Assembly: GCA_030141605.1 (NCBI GenBank)
Contig: JAQGDQ010000322.1
Span: 1-64,000, forward strand
Length of the DNA: 64,000 nucleotides
Direction of reading: 5' to 3'
DNA from: Tubiluchus corallicola
Taxonomy: Eukaryota; Animalia; Priapulida
A model generated the notes under the pieces. It worked only from the letters and a program-made list of their open reading frames with translations. It was not told where the DNA came from and searched no databases. Both the position numbers and the translations under genes were made by a program. Shown piece by piece: positions 15,364 to 28,756 of the stretch (positions within the stretch are counted from its first letter, which is position 1; every line of letters starts with the position of its first letter).

Positions 15364-16292
15364 CAGCAGTAACAATAATAGCGGCAACAGCAGCAGCGGT
15401 AGTAGCAGCAGCAATAGCAGAGGTAGTAGTAGCAGCAGCAATAGCAGCGGTAGTAGTAGTAGCAGCAGCAGCAGCAGCAGCAGCAGCAATAGCAGCAGTA
15501 GTAGTAGCAGGGGGCGGCGCTGTCGTGTGGCGGCGCTGCTGCTGCTGCTGCTGCTGCCGCTGCTGCTGCTGCTGCTGCTGCTGCCGCTGCTGCCGCTGCT
15601 GCTGCTGCTGCTGCTGCTGCCGCTGCTGCCGGGCTGCTGCTGCTGCTGCTGCTGCCGCTGCTGCTGCTGCTGCTGCTGCTGCTGCCGCTGCTGCTGGGCC
15701 GTTGCAGCAGCAGCTACTACAGCAGCAGTACGCCGCTGCCGCCGCCGCCGCCAGCAGCCGCAGCCTGGCCGCCGCTGCTGCTGCCGCCGCCGTTGCCGCT
15801 GCTGCAGCAGCGCTGCAGCAGCAGTTGCCGCTGCTGCCGTTGGTCAGCAGCTGTTGCCGCTGCTGCTGCTGCCGTTGCTGCTGCTGCTGCCGCGTTGCTG
15901 CCGTTGTGCGCCGCCGCCGCCGCTGCCGTCGCTGCTGCTGCTGCTGCTGCCGCCGCTGCCGCCGCTGCCGCCGCTGCTGCCGCCGCCGCTGCTGTTGCCG
16001 CCGCTGCTGTTGCCGCCGCTGCTGTTGTCGCCGCTGCTGTTGCCGCCGCTGCTGTTGCCGCCGCTGCTGTTGCCGCCGCTGCTGTTGCCGCCGCTGCTGT
16101 CGCTGCCGCCGCCGTGTCGCGCTGCTGCCGGGCTGCTGCCGCCGCCGCCGCTGCCGTTGCAGCAGCAGCTGCTGGTGCAGCGCTGCCGCCGCCGCTGCTG
16201 CTGCCGCCGCTGCTGTTGCCGCCGCTGCTGCTGCCGGCTGCCGCCGCTGCCGCGCGTTGCCGTTGCTGCTGCCGTTGGGTTGTTGCGCCGTT

Positions 16293-16338
<46 letters not shown>

Positions 16339-16413
16339 CAGCAGTAGTAGCAGCAGTAGCGGGGACAGTAGCAGGGGCAGTAGCAGCAGCAGCAGCAGTG
16401 ATGGCAGCAGCAA
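15364..16413. repeat. Compound trinucleotide tract: (GCA/GTA)n flanks around a GC-rich (GCT/GCC)n core
   Basis: Directly visible; explains the poly-A/Q/C/L ORFs in several frames. Confidence 0.9.
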
Positions 16414-16487
16414 TAAAACCTCGAAGTCTTAACGAGTGTTGATCCTGCCTAACGAGTACCAAGTTAATTTTTCTGAAACGTAGAATT

Positions 16488-17330
16488 CAAGAAAATACTC
16501 TTCACAAACAAAGCTTAAAAATCGTAATGAAATTTTGTATCACTTACATATTGCCTTATTGCACACAGAGCTTGCGTTAACAGTAACGTTGTATAAAAAC
16601 TTGTAAATTTAAACTCCCGCAATGACCTTTAAGCGCAGCCATTTTAACTGCAAGTCGTATGAAACAAGTTTAGTTAACATTGTATAAAGTTTGAAAAAAT
16701 TCTGCGCATTCGTAACGCACACGTCACTAACTAACAAAAGTGTAGATTACTCTATATTGTCATTAAGACCAATAATATATTTTTGGTGAATCAGTGGTGC
16801 ACACTGGGATGGCGATGCAGTGCTGTTGGTGAATCAGTGGTGCACACTGGGGTGGCGAAGCAGTGCTGTTGGCGAATCAGTGGTGCACACTGGGATCGCA
16901 ATGCAGTGCTGTTGGTGAATCAGTGGTGCACACTGGGATGGCGATGCAGTGCTGTTAGTGAATCAGTGGTGCACACTGGGATGGCGAAGCAGTGCTGCTG
17001 GTGAATCAGTGGTGCACACTGGGATGGTGGTGCAGTGCTGTTGGTGAATCAGTGGTGCACACTGGGATGGCGATGCAGTGCTGATGGTAAATCAGTAGTG
17101 CACACTGGGATGGTGATGCAGTGCTGTTGGTGAATCAGTGGTGCATACTGGGATGGTAATGTTGTGCTATTGGTGAATCAGTGGTGCACACTGGGATAGC
17201 GATGCAGTGCTGTTTTTACTAACTGGAGCAAACATTTTAAATTATTAAGTCTCCCAAACAGATAGGTAACATAACTTTAGATAGTAAGTTCTTTGGTATA
17301 TACTTCTAAATTCACTTTTCCACCCGCTTA
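16488..17330 (+). mobile_element. Family B TTAA-type (Kolobok-like) MITE with internal 43-bp array
   Basis: Flanks of the array (aagaaaatactcttcac...cttattgcacacagagc...aaatttaaactcccgc; aaacattttaaattatt) match 31844+, 59299+ and the reverse copies at 26578, 34267 and 41457. Confidence 0.65.
16783..17213 (+). repeat. 43-bp minisatellite, ~10 copies
   Basis: Unit ggtgaatcagtggtgcacactgggatggcgatgcagtgctgtt (starts 16785, 16828). Confidence 0.95.
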
Positions 17331-18985
17331 ACTTAGTTGAATTCTCATCATTAAAACAACTCACGCATGCGCAGTTCCATTATGATGCAACGTCGCCATA
17401 TTTCAGTTTATTTCCGTCTGGAAGTAACCGGTTATGGGCTTCAAAACCGGAACCCAGCTAAAAGTGGTCACGTGATACGAATCAACGAACGCTTCGGTGA
17501 AAGAATCGAGCAAATCAGAGGCTTTTAGCTTCAGTTAACGTTGAAAAAAGTTGGAATTTGTCGTGAAAGCGTCTTACGTATGACATTCAGTGCATGTAAA
17601 CTCATAAATCAAATATGAAATGCTCATAAAATCCTCTCTCCGTGTGTATTTATGGTCAATTCACACTGAGATGATCTTTCAAGGTCACTCGTGTGACAGA
17701 ATTTTCATTTTGACACCGACAGTGGCGGTTCGTAGCTAACATTACTGGGGGTGCTGTGCTTCAGAAGATTTTTGGCCATTGTTTTAGTAAAACAGACACG
17801 TGTAATTTTAATGTTGTACTTTTAAACAAACACACTTATGAAAGTTTATATACACTTGATAAAATCCTGAACAAAAATACATATTTTTTGTTTACTAATA
17901 GCCTAAATTGTCACAGCTCAAGCTTGATTCATTCACGGTATGCACATGGCAACTGACAACAAACTGTGTGAGTGACAGTACTTTCTCTACCTGGGCTCAG
18001 ACATGTACGCATGCGCACAAGAGCCAAACACCGCATCGCTGGAGCGCACTGTGCTGGGCTGTTAAGCAAACAGTAGTACCCTCACGTGCTCTGGTTCCAC
18101 GCAAGTATAAAGAAAGATGTAAAGAGTAAAGTCTTATTATATTGAATGTTATCGATAATATTGAGTGAAAATAGCGACTGCTGCAGTTATATACTGCAAT
18201 CTCTATTTCTATTATTATTATTTGTAGAAGAACAATTATTTAGTCTTTGAGTTTACTTTTATAAAATAATAATAATAATAATAATAGTGCCCCTTTTCTT
18301 GTCCTTTATACTTGCGTCGTATATGAATGTGGACAGACTGTCACACATCTGAGATGCACTGCAATCACAAATTCCGTAATTACATATCGTTTTGGCATCT
18401 GGGATCATGAATCATCATCACCTTCTTTTTTCTTCTTCTCTATCATCATCATCATGTTCTTCTTTTCTTCTTTTTCTAACATTTCCATTTCCATTCGGTT
18501 TTTGCATTTCGCCTAAGTACTGGCCAAGTTTTCTTACACTTTTTCGCTGTACCTAGAACGTATCCGGTATAACTTCCTGTCAGGAAGTTATTAATGACTA
18601 GAAGGAAAAGAAATTTAAACTGAACTGACTTTAACTTTGAAGTCATTCTCAAACAATCGTCAGCAAAAGATCTTCGATATGTGCAGCTGCCGGACTGTGC
18701 ATAATTACAGAAATAATCAATTCTTAGACGTTTCAGTACAAAGAGAAATGCGTCGAGGCTTTGAAAAAGATTGATATCTCCTTTTAAAGCCACTTTGAGG
18801 CATCCGTGCCGACTACACGCCCTAAACTAAAGATTTCCTCGCTTTCCATGGATTTTTCAACTTTCCTCGTAACCAAGAGTCAATGTATAGCACGGGGATG
18901 ATATAAGAGAGATTAAATGATGCAGACGAGGTTTATATATCGTCTCTCACATACACGTACTCTGTACATGAAAGCTTTTAGTGGT

Positions 18986-19370
18986 AATCAATGGTGTCCC
19001 GAAAGCTATAGAGAAGCAAAGGTGAAATTAATGGAAGCCTGTTGATACACGTGTTTCAGCTACTCGACATATTCTCAAGGTCAAGCGAAAACTATAATTA
19101 CTGGCTTCTTTTGGAGGAGAAAATCAATGGTGTCCCAAAAGCTATGCAGAAGCAAAGGTGAAATTAATGGAATCCTGTTGATGCACGTGTTTCAGCTACT
19201 CGACATATTCAAGGTCAAGTGAAAACTGGCTTCTTTTGGAAGAAAGAATCAATGGTGTCCCGAAAGCTATAGAGAAGCAAAGGTGAAATTAATGGAAGCC
19301 TGTTGATGCACGTGTTTCAGCTACTCAACATATTCAAGGTCAAGTGAAAACTATAATCACTGGCTTCTTT
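18986..19370. repeat. ~125-136-bp tandem triplication
   Basis: aatcaatggtgtcccgaaagctatagagaagcaaaggtg... at 18986, 19122 and 19247. Confidence 0.9.
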
Positions 19371-19464
19371 TCTACGTTTCCAAGCGTTCGTTTTATTGGC
19401 TAAATGTTATCTCAAGTGAAAAAAGGACTCCAGCTTAAATTAGGACTTCAGACATGGAAACAAC

Positions 19465-19745
19465 CTACAATATAAACTATTGAAAGGAATCATACTATTA
19501 TTTTTCAAGAATGATTTACGTGCCAGAATTATTGCCACAGAAATGTTGGCGTCGGCTAGTTCTTCGCTGTTACACGCATTTCGCCATTCTCTAGTTAGAT
19601 GGGCACCAGCGCCTGCATCTCGGAAACGTGTTACAACAAAACGGGTGCCATACCTCTCAGATCAGAATTGTTCATTTGTGATGTAATGCACACATTTCAG
19701 AGCTCATGCATGAGCACAGCAGTAAACTTGAAAATTTGAGCTCTA
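19465..19745. mobile_element. Family A MITE, partial
   Basis: tattgaaaggaatcatacta...tagttcttcgctgttacacgcatttcgccattc matches the other family A copies. Confidence 0.65.
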
Positions 19746-20215
19746 AACTTAAAATTTGTCGAGTTTTTGTATGATTCTGTATGTTAAAATTGCAGTGTTA
19801 CTACTAGCGCAAGCTTTGCGCGCAACAAGACAGCGTGTAAACAATGTAAAATTTTAAGACCTTTTTTTAACTTTATTTAGACTGCTTTCTTGCGTTTTGA
19901 ACAACTAAAGTTTGAAATCACAATTAGCGTTGAGTAACAGATGCTTATACATCCAGCGTCTGTCAGGAATCCGGGATGGTTCCCGTCACAAAGTCGGCAA
20001 TTAATTTCGACTGTTCACATGTTCATCATGAAGAGGGGAGGAATCGTCTTCATTATCATTCATTCATTGATTAACAGACATTCTTCCGCCTCTTTGCCTT
20101 CGCTAATTACATTTTCTGATTACCTCCGTGATCATGTGATCATGTCTTGTTATGGAGTAGTCAAATATGTAGCGTCCAAAACAGGCTGTATCTGTACCCA
20201 GCAATTCCTTGTCAA

Positions 20216-20787
20216 AGCAAAACTGGACCAAATCTTAAATAGCAGGTCAAAACAATCTACTCTTTAAAATATTGAAAGAAAACATACTATTTTTTTCGAA
20301 AGTGATTTACGTGAAAGACTTATTACCTCACAAACACAATTTCACGTTCGCGCCACTAGTTCTTCGCTGTTACATACATTTCACCATTCGCTAGTTAGAC
20401 GGGTACTAACGCCTGCATTTCGAAAATGCTTTGCACAAAAAATAGGCGCTCTCAGTTCAAATGTGTGAGTTTGTGACGAACTATCATCTCATGAATTTTT
20501 ATCTTAAAACTTGCCTAGTTTTATTACAACACGCTGAATATCTTACGGTAGCACTGTACTTCAATTTTTACTTTCGCAAACACGTGCAACTCGCTCGTGG
20601 AATATTTTTGCTGTTGAAAATTATGTTCGTTTGTGACGTCATCAATAAATGGGCTCATCCACCGTTAATTAAGTTTTAAATCTATTATTTAATCATGAGA
20701 AATAGTTTTGCAGTATTAATTGTGTTAAAATCTATACTTATCGAACTTGGAAATGGGACAGAACATGAAAAATCATCCTGTCTTTCT
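20216..20787. mobile_element. Family A Kolobok-like MITE, full length (opposite orientation to 290-830)
   Basis: TCAA|AGCAAAACTGGAC ... CCTGTCTTTCT|TTAA. Confidence 0.75.
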
Positions 20788-21530
20788 TTAATATCTACAA
20801 AAGCGTGAGAGTTTTTGTGTAAAAGAAAAACAATTTCAACTGTTTTTCACTCATCCGATGAACATTAGAGATGTTATGAGAAAATCTGCCACTAAATCCT
20901 GTTACAGTCAACCATTTTACGAGTTCTGATTCAGTTTAACGGGAACTTGATCGTTGCAGCGTCTCTTCCAATCTTATTGCTCCTCTCTCTCTGCTTCACG
21001 CGATTAGAGCTCATAATACTTTATGAGTTGCACGTCAGAAATTAGCTGATGCCCTTTTATGTCTGCTAGCTGTTCGCCATCGGGCACTTAGGCTTAAAAT
21101 TAGTCTGTATTTTCTACTATGAGCGTCATCTGTAAGGGACAGAGTAACAAAGAAACCGAGAATGGTGCACGTAAGAGCACTTACTGTATCACCAGTCAAT
21201 AAGTTTCACAAAATCTAGTGAATTTTCCATACAGTTTTGGCAATTAAATAATTGACGAATGACGTACTGTCTGTGGAAGATTCCCGCAGGAGTTTCTCTC
21301 ACTGTTTCCAGTTCGCAATGCCAATTTTTTCTGCTGCTTTTTATGGGGTTATGTTAGATGATCCTAAAACAGCTAGTCATAAATCCGTTTTCCCGCGGGC
21401 ATCTTATCTGTGAAATTCTATGTCTGAATATTGTTTTGCTGAAAACTATAAGCTCAGTCGCTTCAAGAAGCAATCAATAGAAATCTTCCCTCACCAACAA
21501 AAAGTTATTTGTACCTTTTTCTGGACATGT

Positions 21531-22937
21531 ATTCATATTCTTTACCTTATTCATTTATATTCTTCACACTGTTCATGTTTGCCTGATTCATATTCTCCAC
21601 CTTGTTCATTTTCTTTACTTTATTCAAATTATTTATCTTACTCATAATATTGACATATTCATATTCTTCACATTATTCATATTCTCCACCTCGTTCATTT
21701 CTTTACTTTATTCAAATTATTTATCTTATTCATAATCTTGACATATTCATATTCTTCACGTTATTCATATTCTCCACCTCGTTCATTTTCTTTACTTTAT
21801 TCAAATTATTTATCTTACTCATAATCTTGACACACTCATATTCTTCACATTATTCATATTCTCCACCTTGTTCATTTTCTTTACTTTATTCAAATTATTT
21901 ATCTTGTTCATAATATTGACAAATTCATATTCTCCACCTCGTTCATTTTCTTTATTTAAATTATTTATCTTACTCATAATCTTGACATATTCATATTCTT
22001 CACATTATTCATATTCTCCACCTTGTTCATTTTCTTTACTTTATTCAAATTATTTCTCTCATTCACATTGTTACTATTATTCATTGCGGCGCCCTACTTT
22101 GACTGATCATTGGCCATTGAGTAATTTGTATATAAACCTCCTGCCACAAAAATTCCTAAATACGTAAACATTTCCACACTTATGTTAATCCATCCTGCAT
22201 AATTATCTACCATTCTCTAGTGAAATGATTTCTAATGTCATTACCTAGATGCTGTCCATTTCCGAGAACCTCTGCATTTATTAGTACTCATGTGTTTTCT
22301 AGAAAACCCTGTTTTGTGTACTAAGTAACTTTTACACAAGCTGAATGTATTTCTTCACAAAGTTTGGAACGTAGTTGAATAGGTGCAGATCTAAATAATA
22401 ATATCTGTCATTCAGCAGAAAGAAGGACTTTGCTCTAGAGATGCGTCTTTGCGCTAAAGAATTCATGAGAGATTCATTCCGTGAAATATCTATGCCACTG
22501 GCGTCATAAATAAGACATTAATGTGACTCAGATCACAATGATACAACATCAAGCAAGTACCATACTGATGCTAATGTTTCTCCGTTGTTATGGGGGCCAA
22601 CTGGCATGAGATTTATGCATGTGGGTCGTATTATTATGATACTATCTATAAGTCGAGAGAAAGTTGTTATCGTGGTTTAGTAACGTGGCTTCTTTTGTTA
22701 CAGTTAAATATGAGTTCCGTAATTATTGAAGACGGATTATGAAGTAACTGTGCCTGGTAATTTATACGATTGAATAAAGCAAAGAACATGAACAAGGTGG
22801 AGAATATGAATAATGTGAATATGTCAAGATTATGAATAAGATAAATAATTTGAATAAAGTAAAGAAAATAAATAAGGTGGAGAATATGAATAATGTGAAG
22901 AATATGAATATGTCAAGATTATGAATAGGATAAATAT
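21531..22937. repeat. Foldback-like structure: ~89-bp tandem array (21531-22065) with inverted copies (22770-22937)
   Basis: Unit catattcttcacattattcatattctccaccttgttcattttctttactttattcaaattatttatc...; its reverse complement (ggtggagaatatgaataatgtg...) occurs about twice at 22770-22937. Confidence 0.8.
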
Positions 22938-23864
22938 CTGTAAATCAGGTCAAAACCGAATATGATTTTACTGGATACTTGGCAAAGTGCCAAAATTGGC
23001 AACTTTAATTGAGACAGACTTGTAATATCGAAATTTTAGAAATGTTCCTTCAACACAAGTATACCAAACGAACAAACCATTACGTATACAAGCCAATCCT
23101 TGGCTCTTTTGCGTGGAAAACAATGAGCAATGGCATCGTGTTCAGAGTTCCATTTTAGGGACAAGGATAATCATAAGATTGTGAACAAAATAGATATTGC
23201 AAGCTTTTGCTTTGTCTCACAGCTGTCTACAAATATACGTTTACTGTTATTAATATTATTATCGCTTTTAAATGCTATCATAGTTGTACAATTAATTATA
23301 ATTTTGTGCATGAACTCTTTACGGGTGCCAGTGGTATACGGAACAAACCATGTGGCGCCACTCATGGGCAGGAACCGAAATCATGGTACGCCGATGCTTC
23401 TTTAAGCAAAAATGCACAAGTGCTTCTTCTTCACACTTATGCAAATATTCGCATACTGTTAGTTTAACAATGATGCAAACGACCACGGCTTCATTTCACA
23501 GATGCACATGAGAAAGTGAAGACAGACTGTGCATAATCGATTCCATACGTGTTTGCGATGACCATTAAGCGGCCAAGTAGCTGCCCGATCGGTTTCACGA
23601 TATAGTTGACCAATGTGTCCAGGTATCGATTAGTGAATGATACCAGCTTGGCTTATGTAATGTAGGATTACTGAAATGATGCTAACACGAAACATGGAAT
23701 TACTGAATCTGTCGATTTCACTTGCGTGACTTCTCGTGCCTGCAGGCGCTAATCAAAATTCCTGGCTGGTCATAGACGTTTCAGAGAAGTGCTGAAGGTG
23801 CTCGCCTCTTGGGAAAGAGGCACTTAAATTTAACGCGGAAGTAGGATAACACCTGTCAGTGCTA

Positions 23865-24348
23865 GAGTGAGAAAGAGAAGGGGAGAGAAAGAGAAAGGGA
23901 GGAAAAGAGAGAGGGGGCAGAGTGAGAGAGAATGAGAGACCGAGAGAGAGAAAGAGAAGTGGGCGCAGGAGAAGAAAAATAAAAAGACAAAGACAGAGAG
24001 AGAAGAGAAGGAAAAGAGGCAGAAAGAAAGAAAGGAAGAGACAGACAGAGCAGGGACGGAGAGGGAGAAAAGAGAAAGAGAAAGAAAGAAAGAAAAAAGA
24101 AGGAAAAGAGAGACGAGGAAGAGAAAGAGAAATGGGAGAGGAGAGACAGAGACAGAGAGAGAGGGGGGAAGGCACAGAGAGATAAATAGAAAGAAAGAGA
24201 TGTGTGTGAGAGGGAAAGAGAGAGACAGAGGGAGAGGGGGGAAGGCACAGAGAGATAAATAGAAAGAAAGAGATGTGTGAGAGAGGGAAAGAGAGAGAGG
24301 GGGAAGGGGGACAGATATAAAGAAAAATAAAGAGGAGGGAGAGACAGA

Positions 24349-24400
<52 letters not shown>

Positions 24401-24419
24401 GGGGGAAATGAGAGAGAGA

Positions 24420-24466
<47 letters not shown>

Positions 24467-24485
24467 GGACAGAGAGACAGAGAAA
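23865..24485. repeat. GA-rich low-complexity / (GA)n tract
   Basis: Directly visible. Confidence 0.95.
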
Positions 24486-24829
24486 GACTTTTATGAATTG
24501 TAACTTTCATTACCGGTCACCTTAAGAAATACCCCCCCTAACATGGCTTCTGCTTTAGACAACAATGAACGACGAAGAATGAAAATGATTGAGCACATTA
24601 GAATTTTCTCTTGACGTGTTTTAGAACTGGTCAGACATGTAAGCCACGTACGTATAAAATTGCAGACAGTAGATGCCTTGATTGATATAACAGATAAGTT
24701 TAATGACAACATGATATGTAATGGATACACAGCACCATTTTACTGTAAGATGCAGTTGTATGCTGCACAATAGTGACCTGCACTGCTTGGTTTGTAGTGA
24801 ATTTACTGTACTGTTACCGAAGGTTTCAT

Positions 24830-25405
<576 letters not shown>

Positions 25406-25419
25406 AATACCCCAATGTT

Positions 25420-25617
25420 CCGTCGTGGTAAAAAAGTAACAGGTAAAAAAATCACAGGCAAAACGTCACAGAAAAGGTCACAGGAAAAAAGGAAAAACCC
25501 TAACCGTAACCGTAATCTTAAAATCCTCACCCTTAACTCTAACCCCAGTCAAAATTAATTAGAACTTTTTTCCTGTGACTTTTTGTGAGTTTTTTTTACC
25601 TGTGAGTTTATTTCCGG
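25420..25617. mobile_element. Small palindromic MITE-like element with telomere-like core
   Basis: Left arm of aaaa(g/t)cacagg modules, right arm of cctgtga(c/g)tttt modules, centre ccctaaccgtaacc...ctctaaccc. Confidence 0.5.
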
Positions 25618-26012
25618 TCATCACATACAGTAAAAACACGTGATAATTATGTAGAGCGGAGAGGAAACTTGAAGCACTTAGTCAGTATGTGTGGCTTCAC
25701 CTGGAAATTCCATTACAGCATATTGTTACGATGATTCAGTAGCATCATCTAGCAAACTGTCATGGTTGCTTGCCCAGACTTTAGAACAATTTTTCAGCAT
25801 TTGGTTTAATCTGTTAAAATCTCGGACTCGTTCACTTTGTATCAATGGCAAGCGAAGGTCAACTTTCCCACCTTGTGAGAAAAAAACCTGATAAATAATG
25901 ACTGAACCGAACAATATTAATCATTACCAGCATAAAAGCAATCGGGACTTTTACAAGGGAGGAGATTTATGGCTTCCCTTTTGATGTTCACTTGTGAGGG
26001 CATAGTTGAAAC

Positions 26013-26388
26013 TAGGGGTGAGCATCGAACGTTCGAGTTCGATTCGAACGAGTTTTTTTAGTTCGAACTCGATCCGAATCTAAAACTATACATTCGAATA
26101 ATTCAGCACTTCAATCACAAACGTTCTTTATCATTAAAACGATTGAAACGTCATGCAATTAGCATAATTTAGCTGTGACTTCTGCACGCAATTTTAAAGA
26201 AATTACTAGTCGTTTTATTGCAGAACAAAATCTAGTGATATGCATGATCTTTCTAAGACTGATTTTTGCTGGTGGTTCGAAAACTTGTCCGAAAATCTTT
26301 CGATCTCAATTCGAATTCGGTTCGAATTCGAAACACTGAAGTTCGGTTCGATTCGAATTCGCTTTCTGGTAGAGAATGCTCACCCCTT
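26013..26388. mobile_element. hAT-superfamily MITE, 376 bp
   Basis: Perfect 8-bp TSD GTTGAAAC (26005-26012 and 26389-26396); TIR TAGGGGTGAGCAT / ATGCTCACCCCTT; many subterminal TTCGA repeats. Confidence 0.9.
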
Positions 26389-26577
26389 GTTGAAACTGAT
26401 ACCGATGATTATGAAAGTTCGTGTGTAGCTCTGACATCATTTGGTTGAGTTAGGAACAAAGTGTTTGCTCTGCTCTTAATTCTCTCGGCGCAACATTCAA
26501 TGCTCTATTTGCAGATCACTTTAAACTGTACAGAGAAATTTAGCAGCCTGATATTATAGTTTAGCTTGAAATTATCA

Positions 26578-27493
26578 AAGGGGGAGAAAAGGCAATTTTA
26601 AAGCAAAAAAGCTTTGCAAACAAAGTTATATTGCTTTATCTTACGCTTCGCTTTTTGTGTAATTGCAAGAGAAAATTCTTAATTATTTTAAATGTTTGAG
26701 AAACGTCACTGTTTAGTTTAAACATAATTTATTGTAGAATTGGATCAGACAGTTTGAGAAATATGATTTAGGATCCTCACCACAACAGACTTTATACACT
26801 ATTTACAAGAACATTTATAGACTATAACTGCACAAGCTGACAAGTTCTACTACAAGATTACATTAGATATTAGTAACATTTACTGTAAGAATAGATTATA
26901 ACTACACAAGCTGACAAGTTTTACTACAAGATTACATTAGACATTAGTAACATTTACCGTAAGGATAGACTATAACTACACAAGCTGACAAGTTCTACTA
27001 CAAGATTACATTAGACATTAGTAACATTTACCGTAAGAATAGACTATAACTACACAAACTGATAAGTTTTACTACAACATTACATTAGATATTAGTAACA
27101 TTTACAGTAAGAATAGACTATAACTACACAAGCTGACAAGTTTTACTACAAGATTACGCTGTTTCACTATCCCAGCGTGCTCTGCAGTAACTGGCTCACC
27201 AAAAAACACATTCTTGGCCATATTCACAATATAAAGTAATCTATATATACGTTTGCTTAGTTAGTGAAGTGTGCACAACCACTGTTCTGATTTTAAACGA
27301 CTTACCATTAAAATGGCTGCCATTTTAAACTTATTACCATTAACGGTCGTCGTGCAAGTTTAAATTTACAAGTTATATGCAACGTTGCTGCCAGTGCAAG
27401 CTCTGTATGCAATAAGACGGCATTGTAAGTGGCAAAAAGTTTCAAAACAGACAATTTTTTAGCTTTGTTGATGAAGAGTGTTTTTTTTGTCTT
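26578..27493 (-). mobile_element. Family B MITE (reverse) interrupted by an insert with a 74-bp array
   Basis: agggggagaaaagg terminus; single degenerate 43-bp unit at ~27158-27205; aagagtgttttttttgtcttttaa at the other end. Confidence 0.6.
26817..27156. repeat. 74-bp tandem repeat, ~4.6 copies
   Basis: atagactataactacacaagctgacaagtt... starts at 26817 and 26891 and continues in tandem. Confidence 0.92.
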
Positions 27494-27675
27494 TTAACAG
27501 ATACCAGAAAGCAGTTATTATTAGTTCAAAAAATAAACAAAGCAAACATTACTGATTATCAGCCATTTGAGTTAAACGTACAGTGCAGTATAGTGGAGAG
27601 CAGTGCACAGTTGTACAATGTTAGGCGACGAGAGTAGACAGTGTATATAACTTCTGAGCACCTCTAGCTGTTTAA

Positions 27676-28321
27676 ATCTAATCTAATGTAATCTAATCTA
27701 ATCCAATCTAATCTGAACTAATCTAACCGAGTGCAGCTTAGTCTAACCTAACCAAATTAAATCAAGTTAAGTCTAAAATGATATGTAATGTAATGTAATG
27801 TAATATATAATATAATATAAAATAATATAATATAATATAATATAATATAATATAATATAATATAGTATAGTATAGTATAGTATAGTATAGTATAGTGTAG
27901 TGTAGTGTAGTATAGTATAGTATAGTATAGTATAGTATAGTATAGTATAGTATAGTATAGTATAGTATAGTATAGTATAGTATAGTATAGTATAGTATAG
28001 TATAGTATAGTATAGTATAGTATAGTATAGTATAGTATAGTATAGTATAGTATAGTATAGTATAGTATAGTATAGTATAGTATAGCATAGCATAGCATAG
28101 CATAGCATAGCATAGCATAGCATAGCATAGCATAGCATAGCATAGCATAGCACAGCACAGCACAGCACAGCACAGCACAGCACAGCACAGCACAGCACAG
28201 CACAGCACAGCACAGCACAGCACAGCACAGCACAACATGACATGACATAACATAACATAACATAACATAACATAACATAACATAACATAACATAATCCAA
28301 TCTAATCTAATCTAATCTAAT
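27676..28321. repeat. Compound pentanucleotide microsatellite
   Basis: Successive blocks of AATCT, AATGT, AATAT, AGTAT, AGTGT, AGTAT, AGCAT, AGCAC, AACAT, AATCT. Confidence 0.95.
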
Positions 28322-28756
28322 GATCACTAGTTGACATTTGAAGATAAGACAGAATTGTACAGACAGATATTTTAGTCTTTTTGACTATAAAAAGATTAAC
28401 ACTGTTGAATTTTGAATCAACGAACTCTTCGTGTCGGTATTTTTGACGACCAAATTATCAATCACCAAAAAAAAACATTTTAAAACTGCTTTTATTTCAT
28501 TCGCATCCAGAAAACCATTTTGCTCCGTTTGTCAGTGAGAGCAGGAAGAGAGGGGGAGGTTCATGCAATCACGTGGGTGGAAAACTAGAACTCTTGCTTA
28601 ACTTCAAAGTTTCAGCAAGTGTTTAGCAAATAGAACGATCCTCTCCACTAATTGAGCAATAAGATTTTAGACTGCCCAAATCACTAATATAGACATTATA
28701 CAGATCTTACTCCCAGTATTTACGCATGCGCAGAAAGTTTGACTGGTGGGCGGGAA

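Noticed and set aside
15335-16462. Poly-Q/poly-A transcription-factor-like ORFs
   Set aside because: Open in many frames on both strands with no unique domain; a trinucleotide tract.
17360-17480. Promoter-like motif clusters (GCGCATGCGC, CCGGAA, CACGTG, GCCAT); also ~10130, 38420 and 40330-40560
   Set aside because: No associated exon or TSS evidence; such motifs are common inside invertebrate MITEs.
18476-18793. 105-aa non-repetitive minus-strand ORF
   Set aside because: No recognised motif, non-ATG start and no convincing splice sites.
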